From: a virus
DNA length: 64,000 nucleotides
IMG/VR virus record: IMGVR_UViG_3300048999_000191
Direction: 5' to 3' (one strand)
Numbering within the stretch: the stretch's first letter is position 1; every line of letters starts with the position of its first letter. Position numbers and translations under genes: made by a program. Below the pieces are notes generated by a model. It was given only the letters and a program-made list of their open reading frames with translations. It had not been told where the DNA came from and searched no databases. Shown piece by piece: positions 1-8,601 of the stretch.

Positions 1-389
1 CCACCGCGTGGGCGATCCTCATGGGCGAGACCAAGCCGGAGACCATCGAGGGCGAGGTCATCGCGGAGGAGACCTTCGGTCCCGAGTACGCGGTCCTGGA
101 GTACCTCCGGGTCGAGGCCCAGGACGGCGCGAAGGTGGAGACCATCTCCGACGTCCTGACCAAGGCCAAGGAGGAGACCGGCGGGTCCGGTCCCGGGACC
201 AGCCGGGCGACGATCTACCGGCACCTGGAGAAGCTGGAGAAGGGCGAGCTGGTCGTCCGCAACGGCGGCGGCGAGGGCTTCTGGAAGGCGGCCCCCGTCA
301 CGGCCACCACGCCAGTGCCCGAGCCCCGCACGGAGACGGACGGGCCGGTGGTCATCGCCAGCATCCAGGGCGAGGCAGTGTCGAAGTAG
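1..389 (+). CDS. C-terminal end of a winged-helix protein, possibly a TraB/FtsK-like DNA translocase (5' truncated by the window)
   Basis: Frame is open back to the window edge (TAWAILMGE...). The wHTH signature SRATIYRHLEKLEKGELVVR...GFW resembles C-termini of actinomycete TraB/FtsK-like proteins. No ATPase domain is visible. Confidence 0.4.
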   Translation, partial: TAWAILMGETKPETIEGEVIAEETFGPEYAVLEYLRVEAQDGAKVETISDVLTKAKEETGGSGPGTSRATIYRHLEKLEKGELVVRNGGGEGFWKAAPVTATTPVPEPRTETDGPVVIASIQGEAVSK

Positions 390-403
390 GCTTCGAGTAG
401 GGC

Positions 404-716
404 CGTTTGCGCAGGTCAGCGACCCTACGAGCGGTTTAGAGTACAGCGAAGCCCCCGGGTGTCCGACCACCCGGGGGCCTTCTGCTGTCCCACTCCCAAG
501 AGGAACCAGGTCAGGCTAGCACGCGTCTGACCTGCGCAAACGCGCCCCGCGCGCCTGCGAACACGTACGTACGTACTGCATGTGCACACGCTATGTGCGC
601 GCTCGGGGGCGCTGCGCGTCTCATGTCGCACGTCTCACGTCATGCGTAACGTGCGCAGGCGCGGGGGCTGCGAGAACGCGAGATCGATCATGTTTGCCCA
701 GGTCACTGACCTGCGG
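404..716. repeat. Non-coding region with nested inverted repeats and an alternating purine-pyrimidine tract
   Basis: GTTTGCGCAGGTCAG (405-419) is inverted as CTGACCTGCGCAAAC (527-541). CGCGCCTGCG (550-559) and CGCAGGCGCG (654-663) flank ACACGTACGTACGTACTGCATGTGCACACG. Confidence 0.7.
451..478 (+). terminator. Intrinsic terminator hairpin
   Basis: Stem GCCCCCGGGTG / CACCCGGGGGC followed by CTTCT, downstream of the plus-strand gene. Confidence 0.7.
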
Positions 717-778
717 AAACTCTCAGAGGCCGTCCTGGGGGTCTCGACCCGTCTCATCCTGGGTCGCGATCATGAACG

Positions 779-805
779 AGCCCCCGGCAGGTGCTCCCGG
801 GGGCT
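779..805 (-). terminator. Terminator hairpin ending the minus-strand operon
   Basis: Stem AGCCCCCGG / CCGGGGGCT just past the stop at 825. Confidence 0.6.
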
Positions 806-824
806 TTCATTCGACACAGCGTGA

Positions 825-1163
825 CTAGTTCTGGTCGTCCCAGCGGAACAGCCAGCGGCCGTTGCCGTGGTCCTGGACGACGCCCGGGATCCCGCATCGC
901 CGGTGGGTCTCGTTGAGGATCCGGGTCACCTCGGGACCGGCCACCTGCTCGACGAACTGATCGAGCCCATGGGCCCAGACCCAGGCGAGGATCCCAGCCG
1001 GGTCCCGGTGCGGCTCGAAGGTCACGTGGAACAGCACATCCCGCAGAGACCCGGAGTCGCTCTGGTCTCGGATGGTGTCCCGCGCGGCTCCGAGTTCCAT
1101 GATGAGGTGTCCCACGCTCGGCGCGAGACCCAGGCTGGGCCCGGTCTCGGTCCCAGCACTCAC
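825..1163 (-). CDS. Hypothetical protein
   Basis: GTG start overlaps the upstream stop (GTGA); part of the operon chain. Confidence 0.6.
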   Translation of the reverse strand: MSAGTETGPSLGLAPSVGHLIMELGAARDTIRDQSDSGSLRDVLFHVTFEPHRDPAGILAWVWAHGLDQFVEQVAGPEVTRILNETHRRCGIPGVVQDHGNGRWLFRWDDQN

Positions 1164-1519
1164 GGCATGGTCCCGACCCAGCGGAGCTGGAACCGCTCGG
1201 GACTCGCCTGGGTCACGGTACCGTCGAGATCCAGGTCCACCGAGGCCGTCGTGAGGACCTCCTGGGCCAGGTCCGTGTGGGCCCAGCCGTACTCGTCGGC
1301 CGGGACCGCCGCCTCGATCGCGGTCCCGTCGACCCCGGTGAGGCACAGTTCCGAGATCACCCAGTGCCGGTCCCGGTCCCGACGGTCCTGCTCGTTCAGC
1401 ACGCCGTCCATCGTGACGCGCGGCTGTGGCATCACCTGGACGAGCCGATCCTTCACCGCCTGCGCTGCCGCGAGCACCTCCGCCATCGCGGGCGGCGCCT
1501 CGATCTTCGTGTTCGCCAT
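1160..1519 (-). CDS. Hypothetical protein
   Basis: AAGGGAGAG RBS; coupled to the next gene. Confidence 0.65.
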   Translation of the reverse strand: MANTKIEAPPAMAEVLAAAQAVKDRLVQVMPQPRVTMDGVLNEQDRRDRDRHWVISELCLTGVDGTAIEAAVPADEYGWAHTDLAQEVLTTASVDLDLDGTVTQASPERFQLRWVGTMP

Positions 1520-1556
1520 CTCTCTCCCTTCTCAGCTCCCGGCTGTCCGGGAACTG

Positions 1557-2261
1557 TCAATTGGTCAGAAGCTGGACGATCTCCCACCACGGCCTTCCGG
1601 CCGTCATCAGCGTGGCGGTGCCCAGCAGGCCGACCCCCACGGCCAGGCTCATCGTCACGGCGCCCTCGCCGAGATTCACCCACGACCAGCGGGACAGGGT
1701 CTTGATCCGGCCCTTCTCCCGGTGGCCGCCGACGCGGAAGCGGGCGATCTCGGGGCAGGTCCAGACCGAGAACCAGCGCTTGCCGTTGCGCTCGACGAAG
1801 GGGGCCCAGAGCGGGATCCCGCTCAGCGTGATGCTGTCGCCCCACAGGTGCGCGAAGTGGCCCAGGGTCATGGCCAGGGAGGCCCACAGGGCCCAGTCGG
1901 ATGCGGGACTGGCCGAGATCCCGAAGTAGGTCCCGAGACCCACCAGGAGGCCCCAGACGGCCGTGTGGGTCAGGGTCCGGTGACCCGGGAACCGGCCCAT
2001 CCGGTCCTTGCTGGTCCGGGTGGCCTCCCAGACGATGATCGAGACCTTGTTGATCAGCCAGGCCAGGCCCCAGGTGATGGGTCCCAGCAGCTTCGCGGCC
2101 TTCGCCTTCGGCATGTCCAGGTCCGGCAGCAGGGCGCCGATCCCGACGATCCCGACGAAGACCAGGGTCACCACCGCGTTGGCGGGACCCGGGTGCGGGA
2201 CCAGCGGGGCCACGGCGAGCGCGACTGCGTACCCAGAGAGTTGGTGTCCGGTGTGTTCCAC
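1557..2261 (-). CDS. Membrane metal-dependent hydrolase (YdjM/DUF457-like)
   Basis: Motifs GH, GALLPDLD, GHRTLTHT, HLWGDSIT; several TM helices. Confidence 0.85.
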   Translation of the reverse strand: MEHTGHQLSGYAVALAVAPLVPHPGPANAVVTLVFVGIVGIGALLPDLDMPKAKAAKLLGPITWGLAWLINKVSIIVWEATRTSKDRMGRFPGHRTLTHTAVWGLLVGLGTYFGISASPASDWALWASLAMTLGHFAHLWGDSITLSGIPLWAPFVERNGKRWFSVWTCPEIARFRVGGHREKGRIKTLSRWSWVNLGEGAVTMSLAVGVGLLGTATLMTAGRPWWEIVQLLTN

Positions 2262-2489
2262 TCAGCCCTCCCGGGTCAGTTCTTCGCGCCGGAACGGCAG
2301 GATCTGCCCGGTCTCGTCCAGCCGGACCTGGAACGGCCAGCCGAACCAGGTGATCGCCGAGTCGATCGCCACGATCTCGCCGGAACGGCGGACCTGGGTG
2401 GCGGCCAGGCTGGAGTACAGCTGCGGGTGCTGATGCTCCTCGACCCAGACCTCGACCCGGTCCCCGACGGCGGGGTGCCAGAACTCCAT
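2262..2489 (-). CDS. Hypothetical protein
   Basis: GGAGGG RBS; operon coupling. Confidence 0.55.
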   Translation of the reverse strand: MEFWHPAVGDRVEVWVEEHQHPQLYSSLAATQVRRSGEIVAIDSAITWFGWPFQVRLDETGQILPFRREELTREG

Positions 2490-2890
2490 CAGCCCTCCTG
2501 GTCCATGACGGCGCGCGCCACGTCCGGGTCCATCCGGAATCGGATGGACCCCTTCCAGGCCTGACGCTCGAAGAGCCGGTCGTCCCGGATCGCCTTCCGG
2601 ACTCCGCCGAGAACCCCGGACGCCTGGCGTGAGTCGAGCCCCATGGCGTTGCGCAGCGCGGGCCAGCTGATCCACGTCGCGTCGTGAGCCAAGGTCAGTT
2701 CGGCCAGCGCTCGCAGCAACACGCGGCCCGAGGTACCGAGCTTGATCCAGGCGCGATCCACGCGATCTTCAGCGGGCTCTGGTGGCTGGTTCTGCGCGAC
2801 GACTCGGGCAGTCACCTCGGCGACGTAGCGCGCCAGCTCGGGCATGACGGACTCCGGCACGGTGGCCTGGAACGAAACCCAGGTGGTCAC
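2489..2890 (-). CDS. Hypothetical, possible winged-helix DNA-binding protein
   Basis: ISWPALRNAMGLDSRQASGVLGGVR is HTH-like; GTG start is coupled. Confidence 0.5.
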   Translation of the reverse strand: MTTWVSFQATVPESVMPELARYVAEVTARVVAQNQPPEPAEDRVDRAWIKLGTSGRVLLRALAELTLAHDATWISWPALRNAMGLDSRQASGVLGGVRKAIRDDRLFERQAWKGSIRFRMDPDVARAVMDQEG

Positions 2891-3363
2891 GATCCCTCCC
2901 GGGTCTCGCGCTGCTTCGCGGCGTCTCGCAACTCGGCGAGGTACTGCGCCACCTGACGGCAGGCCCAGGCCTCGGCGGACATGGACTTCTCGCTGCGCAG
3001 CTGATCCGCCTTGCCGTAGGTCTCGGCCGCCCGCTCGTACTTGCGCTGCGTGGCCAATACGGCGTTGCGCGCCTTGTTCAGCGCCAGGACGTGCTCCGGT
3101 CCCAGCTCGATGCTCATGAGCGCACCTTTCAACGGGCCGCAGGGGCCGAGATGCGGGTGGCCGGTGCCCTGGCAGTCCCAGCACCGCCCGCCGGTGGACT
3201 CGTCGTAGACCTCGCCGGTGCCGTCGCAACGCGGGCAGCAGCCCTCGCACGAACGGACGTGCAGCTGCACCACGCGCCGGTATCGCCAGTGCGCCAGGGT
3301 CGCGAAGAAAGCGGATCCGAGCGCCAGCAGGACCGCGATGCCGTCGAGCAGGTAGTGGATCAT
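2887..3363 (-). CDS. Membrane-anchored protein with DnaJ-type CxxCxGxG zinc-finger repeats
   Basis: N-terminal TM helix; CPRCDGTG and CWDCQGTG. Confidence 0.55.
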   Translation of the reverse strand: MIHYLLDGIAVLLALGSAFFATLAHWRYRRVVQLHVRSCEGCCPRCDGTGEVYDESTGGRCWDCQGTGHPHLGPCGPLKGALMSIELGPEHVLALNKARNAVLATQRKYERAAETYGKADQLRSEKSMSAEAWACRQVAQYLAELRDAAKQRETREGS

Positions 3364-3719
3364 GAGTCGTGCTCCTTCAGCTTGGCCGCGACCACGCCGG
3401 GCCGGTTGGGCTCGCGGTAGGAAGAGCTGTGCCGGAAGCAGTAGGCCCGCATGTCGCACATGCATGGCCTGCGGCCGGGGCGCCAGACCCGGTAGAGCAC
3501 CCAGCGGTAGATCCCGCTGTAGGACAGCGTCAAATTCCACAGGACGAAGGCGCCGGTGGCCATGCCCAGGTAGGCGAACAACGCCGCCCAAGTGAAATCT
3601 TTCGGCCAGATGGGCAGGAGCGAGACCGCGAGAAGCGGGCTCCAGACGCTCACGCTGAAGAAGGCGGCCGACTTCAGCGTGGCGCCGAGTCCGTCGAGGA
3701 GCAGCTTCCTGCTGATCAT
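3360..3719 (-). CDS. Hypothetical membrane protein
   Basis: Two hydrophobic segments; ATGA coupling. Confidence 0.55.
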   Translation of the reverse strand: MISRKLLLDGLGATLKSAAFFSVSVWSPLLAVSLLPIWPKDFTWAALFAYLGMATGAFVLWNLTLSYSGIYRWVLYRVWRPGRRPCMCDMRAYCFRHSSSYREPNRPGVVAAKLKEHDS

Positions 3720-4066
3720 GAAACTTCGTCTCCGATCACGAAGACGCCGTACTGATCCAGGTGGCAGTAGAAGTCGCCCTCGCCGAGGGATTGCTGGAGC
3801 TGCATCGTGGCCGCGCGGGTCATCGGGCAGTCCCGCAGGTTCGGACGGCAGGCCAGCGGATGCTTGATCGTCCAGCTCTCCGGGGCCAGGCTGATCACGT
3901 GCTGGCCGTTGTCCTCGACCGGCATCAGCCGGACGGCGTCCTCGGGCAGCAGGTCGGGATCCTCGTTGTTCACCAGAGGGCCGTTGGTCAGCAGCCAGCA
4001 GAGCCCGGCATCGACCTTGATCAAACCGTGGGTGGGTGACCACCACAGCTCGGGCATCTCAGGCAT
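3716..4066 (-). CDS. Hypothetical protein
   Basis: Coupled ORF with GGAG RBS. Confidence 0.6.
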   Translation of the reverse strand: MPEMPELWWSPTHGLIKVDAGLCWLLTNGPLVNNEDPDLLPEDAVRLMPVEDNGQHVISLAPESWTIKHPLACRPNLRDCPMTRAATMQLQQSLGEGDFYCHLDQYGVFVIGDEVS

Positions 4067-4448
4067 CTCGCTCCGCCTCCAGCTCGCCGATGCGCTCGCG
4101 TAGCCGCTCGTTCTCCTCGCAGACCCGCCAGAAAGCAGCCTCGGCGGAGTGCTCCTCGCTCAGCATCCCGCCCGCGACGAAGACGTCCCAGGTGCGCTCG
4201 GGGAAACTGTCGGCGAAGTCGTGAGCAGCCGTGGCGAGCATCTCGAAGAGCCTGTCCAGCTGCTCGCCGCCGAGCGCCGCCGGGACCTCGATGGTCATCT
4301 GGAAGTCCTCGATCTCCTTGCCCGCACGCGCGGCCGACCACATGGCCGTCTCGACGGTGTTCACCAGGGCTTCCAATTCCCAGCCCTTCTCCAGACTCAT
4401 GTCCTTGGGGACGTAGATCCGGAGGAAATCCTCGAAATCCTCGCTCAT
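4059..4448 (-). CDS. Hypothetical protein
   Basis: MSEDFEDF start; ATGA overlap with upstream gene. Confidence 0.6.
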   Translation of the reverse strand: MSEDFEDFLRIYVPKDMSLEKGWELEALVNTVETAMWSAARAGKEIEDFQMTIEVPAALGGEQLDRLFEMLATAAHDFADSFPERTWDVFVAGGMLSEEHSAEAAFWRVCEENERLRERIGELEAERDA

Positions 4449-5224
4449 GAGAACAGGTCCAGCATCGAGAGACCGTGGCCGAAGCCGTTGCGCAGGGTTT
4501 CCGGGCTCATCGCTTCCATCCCCTTCTGCTGGCGCAGGCCAGCCATAGCCAGGTCCCAGCGCTCGTCGTCGGTGTGGTCGTCGTACCAGGCGTCCTCGTT
4601 GAGCGGCTCGCCCTCGTCGTCCCGGGGGCCGACCCACCCGGCGACGTACTGGTTCGGGAAGCCGTCGGTCACCGAGTAGGAGGTGACCACGGGGTGCTCG
4701 GCGCCGGAGCGCAGCAGCTCCTGCACCTTGTCCCAGCCCATCCCGTCGCGGCAGAGACCGGCGTCGAGACCCTGCTGGATCACGTCGGCCAGCCAGGCCC
4801 GGTCCGGGCCCTCGACCCAGGCGTGGATCTCGCACTGGGCATGCAGCCGGGCGAAGAGGCACAGCGGGTTGCTGCCGAGGGCCAACACGGTGTTGAGTTG
4901 GAGTTCGAAGTTGTCCAGCGGCTTGTCCTCGTGCTGGAAGATCTTCTCGCCGTTGATCGCGAAGCTCGTCCGCAGGTGGTCTTTGGCCAGCATGGGCCCC
5001 TGCTTGGCAAACGTGACCGGGTCCATCGGGACGCCGTTGGGGTAGGTCTCGACCGCGAACTTCCGCCGGGCGGCCGGAGTCATCAGCGCGAACACCTCCC
5101 GGTCGCTGTAGCTCGGGATCAGGGCCGCACTCAGGTCCGAGGTCAGCAGGCCCATATGCGCCCGCTCGGAGCCCAGCACCTCCGCCTCGCCCTCGTGCTG
5201 GGTGTGGAAGTAGATGCGGCTCAT
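4445..5224 (-). CDS. Hypothetical phage protein
   Basis: 259 aa; GGAGGGG RBS; protein-like composition. Confidence 0.7.
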   Translation of the reverse strand: MSRIYFHTQHEGEAEVLGSERAHMGLLTSDLSAALIPSYSDREVFALMTPAARRKFAVETYPNGVPMDPVTFAKQGPMLAKDHLRTSFAINGEKIFQHEDKPLDNFELQLNTVLALGSNPLCLFARLHAQCEIHAWVEGPDRAWLADVIQQGLDAGLCRDGMGWDKVQELLRSGAEHPVVTSYSVTDGFPNQYVAGWVGPRDDEGEPLNEDAWYDDHTDDERWDLAMAGLRQQKGMEAMSPETLRNGFGHGLSMLDLFS

Positions 5225-5424
5225 CGGCCCCTCCGGAGGTCGGTCTCGGCGCAGTCGTAGCTGTCGCCGTCGGGAGTGGTGCAGTCGATGACCTCGTACC
5301 AGCGTTCACCGCCCTCGGTGGCGATCCAGGTGTCCACCGCCTGGCCATCGACCTCTTGGCCGTAGCGGTTTCGGAAGATCAGGGTGTCCTTGTAAAGCGT
5401 GAACAGCTGCGGGACGTCGCTCAT
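5221..5424 (-). CDS. Hypothetical protein
   Basis: Coupled small ORF. Confidence 0.55.
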   Translation of the reverse strand: MSDVPQLFTLYKDTLIFRNRYGQEVDGQAVDTWIATEGGERWYEVIDCTTPDGDSYDCAETDLRRGR

Positions 5425-5816
5425 TGGGCTTCCTTCCGGAAACGGGTGCGTTCGATCACTTCGTCGATCTCGTCGCGCAGTTCTTGAGGGAGCTGCGGGA
5501 AGGCCTTGTCCGAGGACTGCACGTCGCGCAACAGACCCATGGCCTGATAGCGCTCGGTGATGGCTTGCTGAGCCCGGTCGACCAGGTCGGCATCGCTGCC
5601 TCCGGCCGTCAGCTCGCGGCGGTCCATCGAGGTCATCAGCAGGCGCTCCAGCCGCGCCGATTCACGCTCGGCCTGCTTGGCCCGCCTCACGGCAGCCGCA
5701 GCCTTGCGGCGCCCGTCGAAAACCTTGGAAAGACCCTCCATCAGGCCCCCGCCGAAGAGCACGCCGAAGAGCACCATCCAGAAGATGTTGTCGTTCAGGA
5801 ATTGCCAGAAGGTCAT
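5421..5816 (-). CDS. Hypothetical membrane protein
   Basis: N-terminal TM helix; preceded by CCGCACTGGAGG and a promoter. Confidence 0.65.
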   Translation of the reverse strand: MTFWQFLNDNIFWMVLFGVLFGGGLMEGLSKVFDGRRKAAAAVRRAKQAERESARLERLLMTSMDRRELTAGGSDADLVDRAQQAITERYQAMGLLRDVQSSDKAFPQLPQELRDEIDEVIERTRFRKEAQ

Positions 5817-5853
5817 GGCCTTCATCCTCCAGTGCGGATGCGTTGTGGATGGG

Positions 5854-5882
5854 ATACTACCCGATTGGGTAGGTGATCACAA
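5854..5882 (-). promoter_or_regulatory. SigA-like promoter with palindromic operator
   Basis: -35 TTGTGA, 17 bp, -10 TAGTAT; operator CTACCC-GATT-GGGTAG at 5857-5872. Confidence 0.7.
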
Positions 5883-5983
5883 GCGTTTCCGGCGACGATC
5901 CTGCCGTATCGAGCGCTCGCGGTTGGACAGCTTCGCCTCGCGGACGGCATGGATGAGACGCTGCACGAGACGTGCGAAGCCGA

Positions 5984-6178
5984 TCACAGCGGCCACGACC
6001 AGTTCATCGGCGCCATCTCGCGCAGCTTGGTCAGATGGGTCTCGACCGAGAACCCCGCGAGCGGGACGAACCGGCCGCGCCAGGTGAAGCCGCCCTGCTT
6101 GCTCGCGCGGTGGCGGGCGAGGGTGGGCGGGGTTCTCAGCGGCAGGCTGCACACGCGGTACAGCAGCTCCTTCAGCAT
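5984..6178 (-). CDS. Hypothetical protein
   Basis: CCGCCCTGGAGG RBS precedes the ATG. Confidence 0.5.
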   Translation of the reverse strand: MLKELLYRVCSLPLRTPPTLARHRASKQGGFTWRGRFVPLAGFSVETHLTKLREMAPMNWSWPL

Positions 6179-6205
6179 GATGTCTTCCTCCAGGGCGGAG
6201 ACGGG

Positions 6206-6247
6206 CCGAGCCCGGCAACTGACGGTCACACCAGTTGCCGGGCTCGG
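6206..6247 (-). terminator. 16-bp stem hairpin downstream of whiB
   Basis: CCGAGCCCGGCAACTG / CAGTTGCCGGGCTCGG. Confidence 0.6.
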
Positions 6248-6264
6248 GTTCGGGGATGAACAGC

Positions 6265-6516
6265 TCAGACGCAGGAGCGGGTGAGCTTGCGGCGCTCGTC
6301 GGGGGTCGTGCCGCCGAAGATGCCGTGGTCGAGACCCTCGTCCAGGGCGAAGCCCAGGCAGACCTCGCGGACGGGGCAGCGGGCGCAGACCGCCTTCGCC
6401 TGCGCGACCTGCCGCTCGCCTGGGCCGACCTCGGAGATCGGGAAAAACAGCTCAGGATCCTCGTCCTTGCACGCGGCGAAGTCGCTCCACGCGAACTGCT
6501 CGATGCGCTCGTTCAT
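6265..6516 (-). CDS. whiB: WhiB-family Fe-S transcriptional regulator
   Basis: Four Cys (ACKDEDPELFFP...CARCPVREVC) and GIFGG-TTPDER. Confidence 0.95.
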   Translation of the reverse strand: MNERIEQFAWSDFAACKDEDPELFFPISEVGPGERQVAQAKAVCARCPVREVCLGFALDEGLDHGIFGGTTPDERRKLTRSCV

Positions 6517-6579
6517 GATCGGCCTCCTCTCAGGCCTTGGTACGAAGTGAAACGGAATGGAATGCTCTGGAACAGCGGA

Positions 6580-6753
6580 TTACCGCTGGACTTCGCCACG
6601 GTCGACGACCGCCGACATCGTGTTGAGTGCGTTCTGGGCCTCGTCGAGCAGGTCGGTCTTGCTCAGGTCCTGTCCCACCATGGCGGGGTCGAAGACGAAC
6701 TTCACCGGGACGGTGATCTCGTACAGGCCATGTTCGTTCTTCGGGGCGGTCAT
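6580..6753 (-). CDS. Hypothetical protein
   Basis: ATG 5 nt after CCGCACTGGAGG. Confidence 0.55.
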   Translation of the reverse strand: MTAPKNEHGLYEITVPVKFVFDPAMVGQDLSKTDLLDEAQNALNTMSAVVDRGEVQR

Positions 6754-6789
6754 CGTGGCCTCCAGTGCGGCGTGGCCGGTGTACTGATC

Positions 6790-6819
6790 ACAGTACCCGA
6801 ATGGGTAGGGTAGGCGCAA
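6790..6819 (-). promoter_or_regulatory. Promoter with operator
   Basis: -35 TTGCGC, -10 TACTGT; GTACCC-GAAT-GGGTAG at 6793-6808. Confidence 0.65.
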
Positions 6820-6936
6820 CCCCCTACTTCCGGCGGCGCTTCCGGCGCCAGCGCCGGAACAACGGCTCGAAGCCGAGCCAGAGGAATGCCACGCCCGCGA
6901 CCGCAGCGCCGGACACGCCGACGTAGCCCAGCGTGG

Positions 6937-7179
6937 TCACGAGGCCAGCTCGCGCAGCTCGGTCAGCACGTCCTCGGGGATGACCTCGGTCAGGCCGAGC
7001 ATGTCGGCCAGCTCCAGGTAGTCCTCCGGATCGGTGGAGAGCCGCAGGAGGTTCCTGGCCGCCTGCACCCGCTCCCCGCGCCGGTAGGCCTGCTCGGCCT
7101 CGCGCATCTCGACGTCGGTCTTGCCGAGCCGGGTGGTCAGCGGGTTCCAGGTGCCGTTGTTGGTGATCGTGCTGCGCAT
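6937..7179 (-). CDS. Hypothetical protein
   Basis: GGAGG RBS; coupled. Confidence 0.55.
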   Translation of the reverse strand: MRSTITNNGTWNPLTTRLGKTDVEMREAEQAYRRGERVQAARNLLRLSTDPEDYLELADMLGLTEVIPEDVLTELRELAS

Positions 7180-7397
7180 CAGGCGGCCACCTCCTCGATG
7201 TCGGTGTGGATGACCCCGGTGGCCTCGAAGCCGCCGCGCTCGTCGAAGGGCTCGCCGTGCCAGCCGCGCTGCCAGGCGCGGTAGGAGACGGTGGTCGGGT
7301 GGTAGGGGTTGTCCAGGTCGGGCTGGGCTTCCAGGTGGGCGGTGTCGCCCTGGCGCCAGGCCAGGTAGGTCTGCTCGGTACGCGGAATGGCACTCAT
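7179..7397 (-). CDS. Small RMF/CrpP-fold-like protein
   Basis: AWRQGDTA...NPY...RAWQRGW matches the G-x-x-A...PY...W-x-x-GW spacing of ribosome modulation factor. Confidence 0.45.
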   Translation of the reverse strand: MSAIPRTEQTYLAWRQGDTAHLEAQPDLDNPYHPTTVSYRAWQRGWHGEPFDERGGFEATGVIHTDIEEVAA

Positions 7398-7482
7398 CTC
7401 CGCTCCCTTCGGTGTGGGAATGGAGCAACCCCTACCCGGCGGCCCTAGGGCATCCGCCGGGCGGGGGTTGCTGGCTCTTCAT

Positions 7483-7848
7483 CTATTGACGGTGCTTGAG
7501 AGGGCCAACGGACCGCTCGAAGGCATCCAGCACCGGCGCCGGGATCTTGCCCCGGCTGCTGACCCTCATCCCCTGCTGGGCGGCCCAGGCGCGGACGTCG
7601 GCCAGCTCGGCGCGCTTGGCCTGCGCCGGAGTCATGTCCCGGCGGGTCTCCACGTCGATCAGCGGCCGGGCCGCCGTGACGTACTCGATCAGCGCCGCGC
7701 GCAGGTCCTTCGCGTTGCGGTCGGAGAGGTCGATGACGTAGCTCGTGCCGTCGATGCCGAAGACGATCTCCTCGTCCGCCGCGACATCGAGGTTGCCGCG
7801 CTGGCGCTCCAGGTCGTCGACCCGGCGACGGATCACTTGTTCCGCCAT
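7483..7848 (-). CDS. lsr2: Lsr2-family nucleoid-associated protein
   Basis: VDDLE...FGIDGTSYVIDLS dimerisation domain; VRAWAAQQGMRVSSRGKIP AT-hook domain. Confidence 0.95.
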   Translation of the reverse strand: MAEQVIRRRVDDLERQRGNLDVAADEEIVFGIDGTSYVIDLSDRNAKDLRAALIEYVTAARPLIDVETRRDMTPAQAKRAELADVRAWAAQQGMRVSSRGKIPAPVLDAFERSVGPLKHRQ

Positions 7849-7960
7849 TACGGCCTCCCTTTCCGTCGGATTCTGCTGGACATTGCGCAGAGTTCTGAGG
7901 GTATTCAAGCGTATATCACTCACCTCTTTCGATCAATAAGTGCGAGACTTCGATACGAGA

Positions 7961-7992
7961 AGAGCCGGGAGAGCGGTGGCTCTCCCGGCTCT
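7961..7992 (-). terminator. Intrinsic terminator
   Basis: AGAGCCGGGAGAGC / GCTCTCCCGGCTCT just after the stop at 7998. Confidence 0.75.
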
Positions 7993-7997
7993 GTTGC

Positions 7998-8564
7998 TCA
8001 GAATTTGCTTGCGCAAACGGGGCCAATACCCCTGGCGCGGGACTCCTCGTTGGTCAGCGTCCGGTGGCAGACCCCGCAAACACCCAGCTCCTTGCCGTAC
8101 CGGATCGCGGCGGCCTTCGGGTCCTTTTCGATCTTGGCCAGCACGCTCTTGGCGGTCGGCCAGGGCAGCTTGTGCAGCTCGTCGGAGGCCTGGAGCGAGA
8201 CGGTGTAGAAGCCCTTGGGCGAGACCTCGACCTGGTAGAAGGCCAGGTGGCCTTCGTCGGTGTTGACGGCGTAGCTGCCGTCGATCACCTGGGGGCGCGG
8301 CGGGACGGGCTCGACGACCCGGGTGGCGATCGCGAGGTCGCGCAGGTGGCCACGCTCGATCTTGAGCAGGTCGATCTGAACGGAGGCGTGGGAGAAGGTG
8401 AGCAGGCCCGCGTCGTCGGCGACCCGCATCTGCTCCCACAGCTCGACGCCGCGCGAGCGGTTGTAGGCCGCGATCTGCGTGATCAGGTCCCGCAGGAACT
8501 TCAGCTGGCCCTCGGTGCGCTGGCGGGGCTGGTTGCGGGGGATGTTCGAGATCGTCGCGTTCAT
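7998..8564 (-). CDS. DUF6011-like zinc-finger protein
   Basis: C-terminal CGVCHRTLTNEESRARGIGPVC. Confidence 0.75.
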   Translation of the reverse strand: MNATISNIPRNQPRQRTEGQLKFLRDLITQIAAYNRSRGVELWEQMRVADDAGLLTFSHASVQIDLLKIERGHLRDLAIATRVVEPVPPRPQVIDGSYAVNTDEGHLAFYQVEVSPKGFYTVSLQASDELHKLPWPTAKSVLAKIEKDPKAAAIRYGKELGVCGVCHRTLTNEESRARGIGPVCASKF

Positions 8565-8601
8565 CTCTGCCTCCGGTGCGGCTCTCGTGCTGACGAGATG
8601 A

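Noticed and set aside
540-680. Protelomerase telRL-type site
   Set aside because: RY-rich, but there is no single long near-perfect palindrome and no protelomerase gene in the window
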